Shown here: positions 30,255-40,406 of the stretch, piece after piece
How positions within the stretch are numbered: position 1 is the stretch's first letter
Layout of the letters: the number at the start of each line of letters is the position of its first letter
NCBI GenBank assembly: GCA_049321005.1
Contig: JBMOQL010000009.1
Location: 5,455-69,454 of the forward strand
DNA length: 64,000 nucleotides
DNA from: Pseudomonadota bacterium
Lineage (GTDB): Bacteria > Pseudomonadota > Gammaproteobacteria > Burkholderiales > Burkholderiaceae_C
Reading direction: 5' to 3'
Notes under the pieces: generated by a model
Database searches by the model: none
What the model was told of the DNA's origin: nothing
The model's input: only the letters and a program-made list of their open reading frames with translations
Translations under genes and position numbers: made by a program

Positions 30255-31391
30255 CTACCGGGGCAGGCTCAAGCCAATGGCGCTGCGCAGCGGCAGGTAG
30301 GCATCCAGCGCAGGCGACACGGGCGCCGGCCGCGCCGGCAGAGGCGTCGCGGCGCGGCCGGCGCCCGGTGGGACAGCCTCGTTGGCCGGCGCCACCGGCT
30401 CGGCGCCGGCGGCCCTGGCATCGTCACCGGGCAGCTCCTGCGCGTCCGCCTGGGAGGCCGCAACAAGCGAGCCGGGTGGCCGCTCGTCTTCCAGCCGGCT
30501 CTTGCGCGACTGCGTGGATGGGCGCCCGGATGCCGCCGACGCGGCCGATGCCGGCGCCGCAGCGGGACGAGTCGGCTCACCCGCCTGCGCAAGCCGGTCG
30601 GCGCGGAGGGCTGGGGTTGGGCCGGGACTCGTCTCGGCAGACCCGCCGGCCTGCGCAGCGCGGGCGAAGGTGTCGGGCGTGGGCGGGCCCGCCGCGGTGG
30701 GCGCCGCAGCGAGATCGCCGGGGGATGGCATGGTGGCAGGCCGCGCTTCCTCCGCCGAGGCGGCCTGGGTGGCCACGGCTTCGGCCCCGCTGTCGGCGAG
30801 GTCGGCCCCGATGTCGACTACAGGCTCGGGCGCCGCACCACCCGAAGGCAGAAGGACGCCCCCGGCCCCGCTGGCGTGCGCCGCCGGGCGGCTGTCCGGC
30901 ACGACAGCGGCCGCCTGCCACGCGCGCAGCACAGCCTGCTCGGCCTGCGCCTGCTGATGCGCCCACCAGGCCCAAACCGATCCGGCCACCGTCACCAGGG
31001 CGGCCGAGCCGGCGCCCGCCGTCCAGCGCAGCGGGTGGCGCTCCATCCTGCGGCGTAAAGCGCGCAAGATACGCCGGCGGCGGGGCAGCAGCGGCAGCAG
31101 GGCCCGGCGCTGATCGGGCTCCGAGCGTGCAGCCGCATCGATGCGCAACTGGGCGTCATATGCGGCGCGGCCGGCCGGGTCGCTCAGGACGGCGTAGGCG
31201 GCATTGATGGCGGCCATGGCATCGCCGTCAGTGGGCTGGGCGCCCCGGCGGTCCGGGTGGTACAGCGAGGCCAGCGCCCGATAGGCCGCGCGGATGACCT
31301 CCGGCGGCGCCTCGGACGAGACCTGCAGCCGCTCGTAGTGCGTGGGCGTGCGCCCGCTGGCACGCAAGCCGGCTGGGCGCGGGGCGTCCAT
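30255..31391 (-). CDS. J-domain (DnaJ-like) membrane protein with Ala/Pro-rich C-terminal region
   Basis: HYERLQVSSEAPPEVIRAAYRALASLYHPDR..AINAAYAVLSDPAGRAAYD is a J domain with the HPD motif. A hydrophobic segment (GSAALVTVAGSVWAWW) follows. Confidence 0.7.
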   Translation of the reverse strand: MDAPRPAGLRASGRTPTHYERLQVSSEAPPEVIRAAYRALASLYHPDRRGAQPTDGDAMAAINAAYAVLSDPAGRAAYDAQLRIDAAARSEPDQRRALLPLLPRRRRILRALRRRMERHPLRWTAGAGSAALVTVAGSVWAWWAHQQAQAEQAVLRAWQAAAVVPDSRPAAHASGAGGVLLPSGGAAPEPVVDIGADLADSGAEAVATQAASAEEARPATMPSPGDLAAAPTAAGPPTPDTFARAAQAGGSAETSPGPTPALRADRLAQAGEPTRPAAAPASAASAASGRPSTQSRKSRLEDERPPGSLVAASQADAQELPGDDARAAGAEPVAPANEAVPPGAGRAATPLPARPAPVSPALDAYLPLRSAIGLSLPR

Positions 31392-32824
31392 CAGCTCGGC
31401 TTCTTCACCGGCCGCTTCCAGCCCGGCAGGCTGACCTGCCGCGCGCGGGCAACCGTCAGCTGCCCTGCCGGTGCGTCCTTGGCCAGGGTGCTGCCGCCGC
31501 CGATGGTGGCGCCGTCGCCCAGGGTGACGGGCGCGATCAGCACGCAGTTGCTGCCCACGTGCACGTCGGCGCCGATCACCGTGCGGTGCTTGTTGGCACC
31601 GTCGTAGTTGGCGGTGATGCTGCCGGCGCCGAAGTTGACGCGCTCACCCACCGTGGCATCGCCCAGATAGGCCAGGTGGTTGGCCTTGGCCCCGGCGGCC
31701 AGCGTGGAGTTCTTGACCTCGACGAAGTTGCCGATGTGCACGTCCGCGCCCAGCTTGGCGCCAGGGCGCAGGCGGGCATAGGGGCCCACGATGGCGCCGG
31801 GGCCGACTTCCACGCCGGCGGCATCGCCTTCGATGTGGCAATAGGCATGCAGCGTGGCGCCGGCTGCGATGCGCGCGTTGCGGATCACGCAGTAGGGCCC
31901 GATGCGCACGCCGTCGCCCAGCTCCACCCGGCCCTCGAAAACGCAGCCCACGTCCACCTCCACGTCGCGGCCCACCTGCAGCTCGCCGCGCAAGTCGAAC
32001 CGCGCTGGATCGGCCAGGCGCAGGCCCTGCTCCATCAGCCCTTCGGCCTGCTGGCGCTGCAGCCGGCGCTCCAGGTCGGCCAGCTGCGCCGGGCTGTTGA
32101 CACCCAGCACCTCGATCTCGCTGGCCGGGTGGGCGGCGCACACATGGGTGCGGTCGGCCTCGGCCTGGGCGACGACGTCGGTCAGGTAGTACTCGCCCTG
32201 GGCGTTGTCATTGGTCAGACGGCTCAGCCAGCGGCGCAACGCGGCGGTGGGTGCGGCCATCACGCCGGTGTAGACCTCGCGGATCGCGAGCTGCCGCGGG
32301 TGGGCGTCCTTCTGCTCGACGATGCCCAGGATGCGCCCGCCCTCGCCTTCACGCGCTGAATCCCCGCTGCGCACGATGCGCCCGTAGCCGGTCGGGTCGT
32401 CCAGGTGCACGGTGAGCAGGGCCAGGTTCTTGCCGGCGCAGGCCTCGATCAGCGCCTGCGCGGTCTCGGTGCGGATCAGCGGCGTGTCGCCGTTGAGGAT
32501 CAGCGTGATGCCACCGGCGTCGTCTGCCAGGTGCGGCGCGGCCTGCTGCACCGCATGGCCGGTGCCCAGCTGCGGCTCCTGGCGCACGAACTGCAGCGGC
32601 AGCGCAGCGGCCTGCGGCGCCATCGCGGCCTCCACCTGCTCGGCGCCGTGGCCGGTGATCACGTGGATGCGCCGCGCGCCCAGGCCGGCGCAGGCGTGGA
32701 TCACGTGGGCCAGCATCGGCCGGCCGGCCAGCGTGTGCAGCACCTTGGGCCAGGCGGACTTCATCCGCGTGCCCTTGCCGGCGGCCATGATGACGATGTC
32801 AAGCGGGTGGGCGGATGCGATCAA
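31391..32824 (-). CDS. glmU: bifunctional UDP-N-acetylglucosamine diphosphorylase / glucosamine-1-phosphate N-acetyltransferase
   Basis: [16 protein letters not shown] is followed by left-handed beta-helix hexapeptide repeats. The probable TTG start at 32824 follows GAGGGA. Confidence 0.93.
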   Translation of the reverse strand: MIASAHPLDIVIMAAGKGTRMKSAWPKVLHTLAGRPMLAHVIHACAGLGARRIHVITGHGAEQVEAAMAPQAAALPLQFVRQEPQLGTGHAVQQAAPHLADDAGGITLILNGDTPLIRTETAQALIEACAGKNLALLTVHLDDPTGYGRIVRSGDSAREGEGGRILGIVEQKDAHPRQLAIREVYTGVMAAPTAALRRWLSRLTNDNAQGEYYLTDVVAQAEADRTHVCAAHPASEIEVLGVNSPAQLADLERRLQRQQAEGLMEQGLRLADPARFDLRGELQVGRDVEVDVGCVFEGRVELGDGVRIGPYCVIRNARIAAGATLHAYCHIEGDAAGVEVGPGAIVGPYARLRPGAKLGADVHIGNFVEVKNSTLAAGAKANHLAYLGDATVGERVNFGAGSITANYDGANKHRTVIGADVHVGSNCVLIAPVTLGDGATIGGGSTLAKDAPAGQLTVARARQVSLPGWKRPVKKPS

Positions 32825-32893
32825 GGCTTTCCCTCGGTGGTCGTTGTGCAGGGCGGCAGCCCGCAGGCTGCGGTGTGGGCGCAGTCTGCCCAA

Positions 32894-33478
32894 TCAGCGG
32901 GTGGCGGGCACCACCACGGTCACGGTGCGCGGGCTGATGGCCGGGCCGGGGAAGTCCTTGAGCGACGCCTCGAAGAGCGGCTGCATCAGCCCGCTGACGC
33001 TGCCCACGGTCTCCCAGCTGGCATGCGTCTCGTACAGCACGGCGTGGCTGCGCCGGTCGCGGATCAGCAGGTCCACCTGCAGCTCGGTCCAGGGCGGCTC
33101 GTAGGTCATGCCAAAGCCCCAGCCCGGGCCACCCCACACGCCGCCCAGGCCCCAGCCCCAACGGCCGCGCGGTCCGTAGTAATCGTTGTACGGTGAAGGC
33201 CGCACGCGCGTGGCCGCGCCCACCTGCACCAGCACGTCGGCCTGCTCGGCCGAGGCCGGCCTGAAGCCGGCGGCAGCCAGCGCCGGCACAGCCGCGGCCT
33301 CGATGGCGGACTGGTCGTCCGGGCGGCTCTGCTGCGACGGCAGCCGCTCGAAGGCATAGCTGCCCGGCGCACGGCCTGCCGGCCAGGTGCCGAAGCTGGA
33401 GACCTCCGCATTGACGGTGCGGATGCCGGAGCAGCCGGCCAGCAGCGCCGCGCCCATCGCCAGCGCGGCCAGCCGCAT
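32894..33478 (-). CDS. DUF4136-like lipoprotein
   Basis: MRLAALAMGAALLAGCSG contains a lipobox. An alternative upstream ATG lies at 33598. The long ORF 32894..34486 is a fusion artefact running out of frame through ttcA. Confidence 0.65.
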   Translation of the reverse strand: MRLAALAMGAALLAGCSGIRTVNAEVSSFGTWPAGRAPGSYAFERLPSQQSRPDDQSAIEAAAVPALAAAGFRPASAEQADVLVQVGAATRVRPSPYNDYYGPRGRWGWGLGGVWGGPGWGFGMTYEPPWTELQVDLLIRDRRSHAVLYETHASWETVGSVSGLMQPLFEASLKDFPGPAISPRTVTVVVPATR

Positions 33479-33600
33479 GCGGGCGGCGCCATACCGGGCG
33501 CGGGATGCAGCCGATGCGGCCTGCGCGCGCTGTTCAAGGCCCGCGCGGGCCGGACGCAAAAGCGCCGGCAGCCAGCCGGCAGTCGATGCGGTGCTCATGC

Positions 33601-34611
33601 CTAGTCCTCCTCGTCTGCCCAGGGGGCGCTGCGCGCCGCGCCGGGCCGGATGGTGATGGCCTGCACGCCGCCCGCAGCCGATGGCAAGGGGCTGGCGCAG
33701 GACTCGTCCTCGTCGAACGCAATGTCTCCATTGGCATCCGGCAGGCCCGTGGTGCGCAGGGTCTCGAAGGGGTAGAGGCTGCGGTCCATCAGGTGCGAGG
33801 GCACCACGTTGGCCAGCGCGTTGAAGACGTTGTCCACCCGGCCCGGGAAGCGCTTGTCCCAGTCGCGCAGCATGGCCTTCATCTGCTTGCGCTGCAGGTT
33901 CTCCTGGCTGCCGCACAGCGTGCACGGGATGATCGGGAACTGCCGGTGCGCGGCCCAGGCTTCCAGGTCGGGCTCGTTCACATAGGCCAGCGGGCGGATG
34001 ACCATGAACTCGCCGTTGTCGCTGACCAGCTTGGGCGGCATGCCCTTCAACTTGCCGCCGAAGAACAGGTTGAGGAACAGCGTCTGCAGCATGTCGTCGC
34101 GGTGGTGGCCCAGCGCGATCTTGGTCGCCCCCAGCTCCTTGGCCACGCGGTAGAGGATGCCCCGGCGCAGCCGCGAGCACAGGCTGCACATGGTCTTGCC
34201 CTCGGGGATCTTGCTCTTCACGATGGAGTAGGTGTCCTGCTCCTCGATGTGGAAGGGCACGCCGCGGCTCTGGAGGTACTCCGGCAGGATGTGCTCGGGA
34301 AACCCGGGCTGCTTCTGGTCCAGGTTGACGGCCACCAGCTCGAAGCGCACCGGCGCGCGGGCCTGCAGCTTCAGCAGGATGTCGAGCAGGCCGTAGCTGT
34401 CCTTGCCGCCGGACATGCACACCATCACCTTGTCGCCGGCTTCGATCATGTTGAAGTCGACGATGGCCTGGCCGACCAGGCGGCACAGGCGCTTTTCCAG
34501 CTTCTTGGCCTCGCGCTCGGCCTTGGCACGGCGGGCGGCATCGTCGGCTTGCGCAGGCGGGTTCGGCTGCGCGTCGGCGGCGGCCAGCGGCAGGGATTCG
34601 GGGGCGTTCAT
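33601..34611 (-). CDS. ttcA: tRNA 2-thiocytidine(32) synthetase
   Basis: The PP-loop [19 protein letters not shown] and CTLCGSQ cysteine clusters are present. Confidence 0.9.
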   Translation of the reverse strand: MNAPESLPLAAADAQPNPPAQADDAARRAKAEREAKKLEKRLCRLVGQAIVDFNMIEAGDKVMVCMSGGKDSYGLLDILLKLQARAPVRFELVAVNLDQKQPGFPEHILPEYLQSRGVPFHIEEQDTYSIVKSKIPEGKTMCSLCSRLRRGILYRVAKELGATKIALGHHRDDMLQTLFLNLFFGGKLKGMPPKLVSDNGEFMVIRPLAYVNEPDLEAWAAHRQFPIIPCTLCGSQENLQRKQMKAMLRDWDKRFPGRVDNVFNALANVVPSHLMDRSLYPFETLRTTGLPDANGDIAFDEDESCASPLPSAAGGVQAITIRPGAARSAPWADEED

Positions 34612-34662
34612 CGCAGGTCTCTTGCTCTCAATACGTCCGTCATGTCCGGTGCACCAGGCGGC

Positions 34663-35034
34663 TCACCACTGGCCGGTCTCCACGCGGATGGCCACTTCAC
34701 AGTCGTCGAAGATCTCCAGCTTGGCAATGCGCACCCGCACGCCGATCACGCCCGGCAGGTCCATCAGCCGCGCGGCCAGCTTGCCGATCAGGCTCTCCAG
34801 CAGGTTGACATGCTGGGCGGTGCATTCCTCGATGATGATGCTGCGCACGCGGCGGTAGTCCAGCACATGGGTGATGTCGTCGTCGCGCGGCATCAGCGGC
34901 TGCGTGCCCAGGTTCAGCTCCGCGTCCACCTCGATGGGCTGCGGCGCGTCCTTCTCGTGGTCCAGCACGCCCAGGTTGGCTGCAAAGCGCAGGCCGGTGA
35001 GCGTGAGGATCTGGTTGCCTTTGGTCAGGGACAT
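34663..35034 (-). CDS. folB: dihydroneopterin aldolase
   Basis: 123 aa. LRFAANLGVLDHEKDAPQPIEVDAEL is a typical FolB tunnelling-fold sequence. Confidence 0.85.
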   Translation of the reverse strand: MSLTKGNQILTLTGLRFAANLGVLDHEKDAPQPIEVDAELNLGTQPLMPRDDDITHVLDYRRVRSIIIEECTAQHVNLLESLIGKLAARLMDLPGVIGVRVRIAKLEIFDDCEVAIRVETGQW

Positions 35035-35049
35035 CGCGTCCGTCTTTCT

Positions 35050-35889
35050 TCACATCATCGAGAAATCACGCGCAAAGCGCGTGAGGTGCTGGCCGCCATC
35101 GACCAGCAGCGTCGTGCCGGTGATGGAGCGGTTGTCCAGCACGAAGCGCACGGTCGCCGCCACGTCGGCCGGTGTGGACGAGCGCTGCAGGGGCGACAGG
35201 CGGTGCGCCTGCTCGAAGCGCTCGCCGGTCAGCCACTCACTCGTCAGCGTCAGCCCCGGCGCCACGCCCGCCACCCGCACGCGGGGCGCCAGGGCCAGCG
35301 CCAGCAGCGTGGTGGCTGATTCCAGCGCCGCCTTCGACAGCGTGTAGCTCAGGAAGTCCGGGTTCGGGTTCCACAGCTTCTGGTCGAGCAGATTGACCAC
35401 GGCGCCCTCGCCCCCGCGCGCGGCCAGGTGCTCGGCCAGCGCTTGCGCCAGCACGATGGCCGGCGCGGTGTTGGCGCGCAGGTGCGTCTCCAGCATGGCG
35501 TAGCTGAACGTGGCCGCGTCGTCATATTCGAAGGTCGACGCGCTGTTGACCACCGCATCGACGCGGCCCAGGGCCCGCACGGCCTGCGGCAGCAGGGCGC
35601 GGCAGGCGGCTTCGTCGTCGAGCGCAGCCGGCAGCACCGCCGCGCGGGCCCCCAATGCTTGCAGCTGGGCAGCCGTGTGCTGCGCCTCGTCCAGCGAGCG
35701 GCGGCAATGCAGTGCCACGTCCCAGCCGTGGCGGGCCAGGTCCAGCGCGATCTCCCGGCCCAGCCGGCGGGCAGCGCCGGTCACCAGCACCACGCGGCGC
35801 GTGCCCTGCACCCCGCTGCCGGCAGCGGCGGATGCGTCCCCGCTGCCAGCGGCGGCGGATGGTTCATCCGGGCGGGGCAAGGCAGTCAT
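35050..35889 (-). CDS. SDR family oxidoreductase (pteridine-reductase-like)
   Basis: It has the VLVTGAARRLG Rossmann motif and sits adjacent to folB. The start at ATG 35889 is preferred over 35922. Confidence 0.8.
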   Translation of the reverse strand: MTALPRPDEPSAAAGSGDASAAAGSGVQGTRRVVLVTGAARRLGREIALDLARHGWDVALHCRRSLDEAQHTAAQLQALGARAAVLPAALDDEAACRALLPQAVRALGRVDAVVNSASTFEYDDAATFSYAMLETHLRANTAPAIVLAQALAEHLAARGGEGAVVNLLDQKLWNPNPDFLSYTLSKAALESATTLLALALAPRVRVAGVAPGLTLTSEWLTGERFEQAHRLSPLQRSSTPADVAATVRFVLDNRSITGTTLLVDGGQHLTRFARDFSMM

Positions 35890-35912
35890 GAGCGGCTTCC
35901 TACAATCGCGCG

Positions 35913-37085
35913 GTGAACGCAAAGCCGGACAGTGTAGCCAGCCCCTCCCCCCCCGATCCGGCGCAGGGGCAGCCGGCCGACGCCCTGCGCCGGCTCATCG
36001 CGCAGGCCATCACGCAGGCTGGCGGCTGGCTCCCCTTCGACCGCTACATGGCCCTGGTGCTCTACGCCCCCGGCCTGGGCTACTACAGCCGCGGCAGCCG
36101 GCAGTTCGGCCAGATGGCCAAGGACGGCAGCGACTTCGTCACGGCGCCTGAGCTGAGCCCGCTCTTCGGCCGCGCCCTGGCCCGCCAGGTCGAGCAGGCC
36201 CTGCAGGCCACCGGCACCGACGAGGTCTGGGAGTTCGGCGCCGGCACCGGTGCGCTGGCCGCGCAGATCCTGCAGGCGCTGGACGAGCGCGGCGCCCTGC
36301 CGCGCCGCTACACCATCGTCGACCTGTCCGGCACGCTGCGCGCACGCCAGCAGCGCACGCTGGCCCGCTGGGCCGACCGCGTGGGCCTTCATTGGGCCAG
36401 CGAGCTGCCCGCCGAGCTGCGCGGCGTGGTCGTCGGCAACGAGGTGCTGGACGCCATGCCGGTCAAGCTGCTGGCCTGGGACGGCGGCCAGTGGCTGGAG
36501 CGCGGCGTGGTGCTGGCCGATGATCGCCTGGCCTGGGCCGAGCACTCGACCGAGCTGCGCCCGCCGGTGGACGCGCCCTTCCCGCCCGGCAGCGTCACCG
36601 AGATCCATCCCCAGGCCGAGGCCTTCATGCGCACCCTGGCCGAGCGCCTGGCGCAGGGCGCCGCCTTCTTCATCGACTACGGCTTCCCCGAGGCCGAGTA
36701 CTACCTGCCCCAGCGCAGCGGCGGCACGCTGATGTGCCACCGCGGCCACCAGGCAGATGCGGACCCGCTGGCCGACCCGGGCGACAAGGACATCACCGCC
36801 CACGTCGATTTCACCGGCATCGCGTTGGCGGGGCAGAACGCCGGGTTGACGGTGCTCGGCTACACCACGCAGGCGCATTTCCTTCTCAACTGCGGCCTGC
36901 TCGACGACCTGGCCGCCGCCACCGCGGGCCTGCCCGAGCCGCAGGCGCTGGTCAAGCGCGCCGCCGCTCACCGCCTGGTGGCCGAGCACGAGATGGGCGA
37001 GCTGTTCAAGGTCATCGGCTTCGTGCGCGGCGCCGAGTTCGACGCCATCGGCTTTGCCCGCGGCGACCGCTGCCACACGCTCTGA
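35913..37085 (+). CDS. class I SAM-dependent methyltransferase (MidA/NDUFAF7-like, COG1565)
   Basis: LYAPGLGYYS..DFVTAPELSPLFGRALA..EFGAGTGALA are family hallmarks. The start codon is uncertain. Confidence 0.75.
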   Translation: MNAKPDSVASPSPPDPAQGQPADALRRLIAQAITQAGGWLPFDRYMALVLYAPGLGYYSRGSRQFGQMAKDGSDFVTAPELSPLFGRALARQVEQALQATGTDEVWEFGAGTGALAAQILQALDERGALPRRYTIVDLSGTLRARQQRTLARWADRVGLHWASELPAELRGVVVGNEVLDAMPVKLLAWDGGQWLERGVVLADDRLAWAEHSTELRPPVDAPFPPGSVTEIHPQAEAFMRTLAERLAQGAAFFIDYGFPEAEYYLPQRSGGTLMCHRGHQADADPLADPGDKDITAHVDFTGIALAGQNAGLTVLGYTTQAHFLLNCGLLDDLAAATAGLPEPQALVKRAAAHRLVAEHEMGELFKVIGFVRGAEFDAIGFARGDRCHTL

Positions 37086-37262
37086 CGACGCGCCCGGGCT
37101 GCGCCCCCTCACCCAGGCGCAACCCCCTCGAACACGCGGCCCGCCGGCCGGCTGCCAGCCCGGGTTTGGCCGGAACATTGCTTCCAGGCGTTCCGCGCGG
37201 CCGCACACACCCGAGCTGCGCCAACGCAGTGCATCGCTTCCACGTCATTCAAAGGTCTTTCC

Positions 37263-37775
37263 ATGAAGTACTCCCGACTTGCCCTCGCCTGCGCGCTTGC
37301 CGCGGGCGTCGCGCTTCCTGCCGCCGCGGCCAGCTCCGCCTCACGGAATCTCACGCTCTTCAATCCGTTCAACGTGGGCTTCTCCGCCTCCCAGACCTTC
37401 GGCGGCACGGTGACGGATACCTTCGAGTTCGACCTGAGCGGCGTGGTCGCCAGCGGCACCTACAGCTCCTTCACCTTCTCGATCCCCGGCTTTGGCGCAG
37501 GCGGCTTCCAGCCGCTGGCCATCAGCTTCGACGGCGTCGACTTCGTCGGTCAGACCTTCTCCGGCCCGCTGCAGAGCTACTACGCCTTCGCACTGCCGCC
37601 CACGCTGCTCAACCCGGGCAAGCACACGCTGACGGTCTCCGGCATCTATGGCGCCAGCGGCGGCTCCTACAGCGGCACGATCACCTCCGCCGTGCCAGAA
37701 CCCTCGACCTACGCCATGCTGCTCGCAGGCCTGCTGGCCATCGGTGGCATGGTGCTCACGCGCCGCAGCCACTGA
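37263..37775 (+). CDS. PEP-CTERM sorting-domain protein (FxDxF-type)
   Basis: It has a signal peptide, FEFDL, and the C-terminal VPEPSTYAMLLAGLLAIGGMVLTRRSH. Confidence 0.8.
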   Translation: MKYSRLALACALAAGVALPAAAASSASRNLTLFNPFNVGFSASQTFGGTVTDTFEFDLSGVVASGTYSSFTFSIPGFGAGGFQPLAISFDGVDFVGQTFSGPLQSYYAFALPPTLLNPGKHTLTVSGIYGASGGSYSGTITSAVPEPSTYAMLLAGLLAIGGMVLTRRSH

Positions 37776-37819
37776 ACGCGGCACCCGCCTGCAGTCACGG
37801 GCACAGGCGATGAACCTCA

Positions 37820-37843
37820 AAGGGGCGGCCACGGTCGCCCCTT
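37820..37843. terminator. hairpin between convergent PEP-CTERM gene and cca
   Basis: AAGGGGCG-N8-CGCCCCTT read directly, followed by T-rich sequence on the + strand. Confidence 0.5.
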
Positions 37844-37884
37844 GTGCTTTCAGCTTTGTGCTTTCAGCTTTGTGCTTTCAGCTT
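37843..37884. repeat. perfect 14-bp tandem repeat TGTGCTTTCAGCTT x3
   Basis: Read directly. The three copies are contiguous, with no spacers. Confidence 0.95.
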
Positions 37885-37926
37885 TGACATTGCGAGCGGG
37901 GCGCCGCGTGACCGGGCCGCTGTGCT

Positions 37927-39249
37927 CTAGGTCCCGCCCTGCTCGCCCTCGTCCCCGGCACTGGGCTGCCCGCCACACGCCACATCGGGTGCGGGCGACT
38001 GCGGCGTCGGCGCCCAGCGCGGTTCGCGGCTGAACAGCTCGGCCACCGCGGCCGCCCGCGCTTCATGGATCGCCTGGCCGATGCGCGGCCCCGTCCAGCC
38101 GCGGGCCAGCGCATCCGCCGAAACCGCCGCCGTGTCGCAGGCCCGTGCGGCGTCCAGTGCCGCCTGCAGCCGTTGGCGCTGCGGGTAGTCTGCCTCCTCG
38201 CGGCCCAACCGGCCGCGCGCATCGCACTCGCAGGCCAGCAGCAGCTCCGCAAAGCGCTGCGGCTTGCGCAGGGCGTCGCAGCGCTCCAGCAGCCGCACCA
38301 CGGCCGCCGCCTTGAGGCTGCCGCTGGCGTGGACGTTGCCGTGCTCGCGGGCCACCACGTCGGCCAGCTCTCGGCATTCCACCGGCACCCGCAGCCGCTC
38401 GCCCACGGCCTTGAGCAGCCGCGCGCTGCGGCCCTCGTGCCCGATGTGGCGGGGCAGCACATCGGCCGGCGTGGTGCCCTTGCCCAGGTCGTGACCCAGG
38501 CAGGCATAGCGCACCGGCAGGCTCGCACCCAGGCGCGCGGCCATGTCCAGCACCATCATCAGGTGCACGCCGGTGTCCACCTCAGGATGGTGCTCAGCGC
38601 GCTGCGGCACGCCCCACAGGCGGTCCACCTCCGGCAGCAGCCGCGCCAGCGCACCGCAGTCGCGCAGCACCTCGAACAGGCGCGAGGGCCGCTGCTCCAT
38701 CAGCCCGCGTGCGAGCTCCTGCCAGACGCGCTCGGCCACCAAGGCATCCACTTCGCCGGCGGCCACCATCTGGCGCATCAGCGCCAAGGTCTCGGGCGCG
38801 ACGCGGAAGTCCGGCCAGCGCGCGGCAAAGCGCGCCAGCCGCAGGATGCGCACCGGATCCTCGGCAAACGCCGGCGACACGTGGCGCAGCAGCCGGGCCT
38901 GCAGGTCGGCCCGCCCGCCATAGGGGTCGATGATCCGGCCGGCGTCGTCCTGGGCCATCGCGTTGATGGTCAGGTCACGCCGCAGCAGGTCCTCCTCCAA
39001 CGTCACCTGCGGCGCCGCGTAGAAGGCAAAGCCGTGGTAGCCCGGCGCCGTCTTGCGCTCGGTGCGCGCCAGGGCGTATTCCTCGTGCGTCTGCGGGTGC
39101 AGGAAGACCGGGAAGTCGCGCCCCACGGGCTGGAAGCCGGCGGCTTCCATCTCGGCCGGCGTGGCGCCCACCACCACCCAGTCCCGGTCGCTGGCCGCCA
39201 CGCCCATCAGCCCATCGCGCACGCAGCCGCCCACCTTGTATATCTGCAT
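37927..39249 (-). CDS. cca: multifunctional CCA-adding enzyme / tRNA nucleotidyltransferase
   Basis: MQIYKVGGCVRDGLMG..DRDWVVVG..FPVFLHP..EYALARTERK is present, with an HD domain in the C-terminal half. Confidence 0.93.
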   Translation of the reverse strand: MQIYKVGGCVRDGLMGVAASDRDWVVVGATPAEMEAAGFQPVGRDFPVFLHPQTHEEYALARTERKTAPGYHGFAFYAAPQVTLEEDLLRRDLTINAMAQDDAGRIIDPYGGRADLQARLLRHVSPAFAEDPVRILRLARFAARWPDFRVAPETLALMRQMVAAGEVDALVAERVWQELARGLMEQRPSRLFEVLRDCGALARLLPEVDRLWGVPQRAEHHPEVDTGVHLMMVLDMAARLGASLPVRYACLGHDLGKGTTPADVLPRHIGHEGRSARLLKAVGERLRVPVECRELADVVAREHGNVHASGSLKAAAVVRLLERCDALRKPQRFAELLLACECDARGRLGREEADYPQRQRLQAALDAARACDTAAVSADALARGWTGPRIGQAIHEARAAAVAELFSREPRWAPTPQSPAPDVACGGQPSAGDEGEQGGT

Positions 39250-39490
39250 CGGATCAGTTTAGGGCGACGGGCCGCCTGCCCCGGCCGGGGCGACCTGGGC
39301 TCCGTTTCTGCCTGACGGTTCCCTGCCCCCCCCTCAATTGCGCGGGGAGCGGGCGGCCATAGGGGGTTACGAGTCGTCATATCCGATTGCTATAACTCCG
39401 ACCACTGGGACGAGCGCTGGTCGGGAGGGGCAGCGCGCGCCAGACGTACCGGTGCTCCTCCCCCCAGAAATCCTCAAGAAAGGGATCAAC

Positions 39491-40039
39491 ATGAAACTCA
39501 AGCACATCGTTGCAGCCAGCGTTTTGGCTGTCGCTGCCATCGGCCAGGCCTCCGCCGCGCTGACGCTGCCCGCAGGCCAGGAACGCACGTTCGATACCGA
39601 ACAGGTCGCCCCGGGCGCCTTCACCGACGTCTACGAATTCGTCTTCGGCTTCCCCGCCCCCGGCGAAGTTCAAGGCAGCATCTCCGAGTTGCGCTTCCGC
39701 AATGCCAAGGACATCGTCTTCGGCGTCGGTGCGGTCAAGGTCTTCGACAGCAACAACAACCTGCTGCTGAGCCTGGACGGCCCGGGCACGGCCGGCAATA
39801 CCTCTTGGTTCGAGATCGCCATGGGTGCCAACCCGCTGTACGTTCCGACGCAGGAATTCCGCGTCGAGATCGCCGGTAACGCCGTGGGCACCGGCCAGGT
39901 CCTCGGCGGCCACTCGACCTACGGCAGCTACGATTTCAGCATCCAGGCTGCCCCGGTGCCGGAACCCGAGACCTACGCCCTGATGCTGGGTGGCCTGGGC
40001 GCCATCGGCTTCATGCTGCGTCGCCGCGCTGTCAAGTAA
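39491..40039 (+). CDS. PEP-CTERM sorting-domain protein (FxDxF-type)
   Basis: ATG at 39491. It has a signal peptide, YEFVF, and the C-terminal VPEPETYALMLGGLGAIGFMLRRR. Confidence 0.8.
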   Translation: MKLKHIVAASVLAVAAIGQASAALTLPAGQERTFDTEQVAPGAFTDVYEFVFGFPAPGEVQGSISELRFRNAKDIVFGVGAVKVFDSNNNLLLSLDGPGTAGNTSWFEIAMGANPLYVPTQEFRVEIAGNAVGTGQVLGGHSTYGSYDFSIQAAPVPEPETYALMLGGLGAIGFMLRRRAVK

Positions 40040-40088
40040 TCAGCCACCGGGAGCAGGCTGCCTCGGGCGGCCTGCGGCTTCCCAGTCA

Positions 40089-40122
40089 AGGCGAGCCCAT
40101 GGGCTCGCCTTGTTCGTTTCTG
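40089..40122 (+). terminator. rho-independent terminator after the second PEP-CTERM gene
   Basis: The palindrome AAGGCGAGCC-CATG-GGCTCGCCTT is followed by GTTCGTTTCT. Confidence 0.6.
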
Positions 40123-40406
40123 ACACCGACCCAGCTGAAGGCAACCAAGCCCGACCGAGGGTTGCCGGCAGGCGGCACAGTGACACGCACACAGAAGGAC
40201 ATCCCAACCGGCCAGGCGGCACCTTGGTGCGCGGGCCATGCAGCCATATCGTGCAGCGCTTGCCATCGAGCGACCGCGCGGCTCATGCGCTGGCGCCCGC
40301 GCACCGCTGAGCCGCGCTTCTGCGCCACCGCGGGGCGGGGATGCCTGCCGGCGCCTGGCCCGGAGATTGCGTGACGGGAGTCACGATGTTCTCTTTGGAG
40401 CCTGCC

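Noticed and set aside
30095-31207. 370-aa plus-strand ORF (Arg/Pro/Ala-rich).
   Set aside because: It is antisense to the J-domain protein gene and has no recognisable motif. It is a typical GC-rich shadow ORF.
32894-34486. 530-aa ORF spanning the DUF4136 and ttcA regions.
   Set aside because: The upstream two-thirds is an out-of-frame shadow of ttcA (33601-34611, same strand) with Arg/Pro/Gly bias. Only the lipoprotein part (to 33478 or 33598) is credible.
37843-37884. CRISPR-like repeat.
   Set aside because: The three 14-bp units are contiguous with no spacers and are far too short. No cas genes are present. It is a simple tandem repeat.
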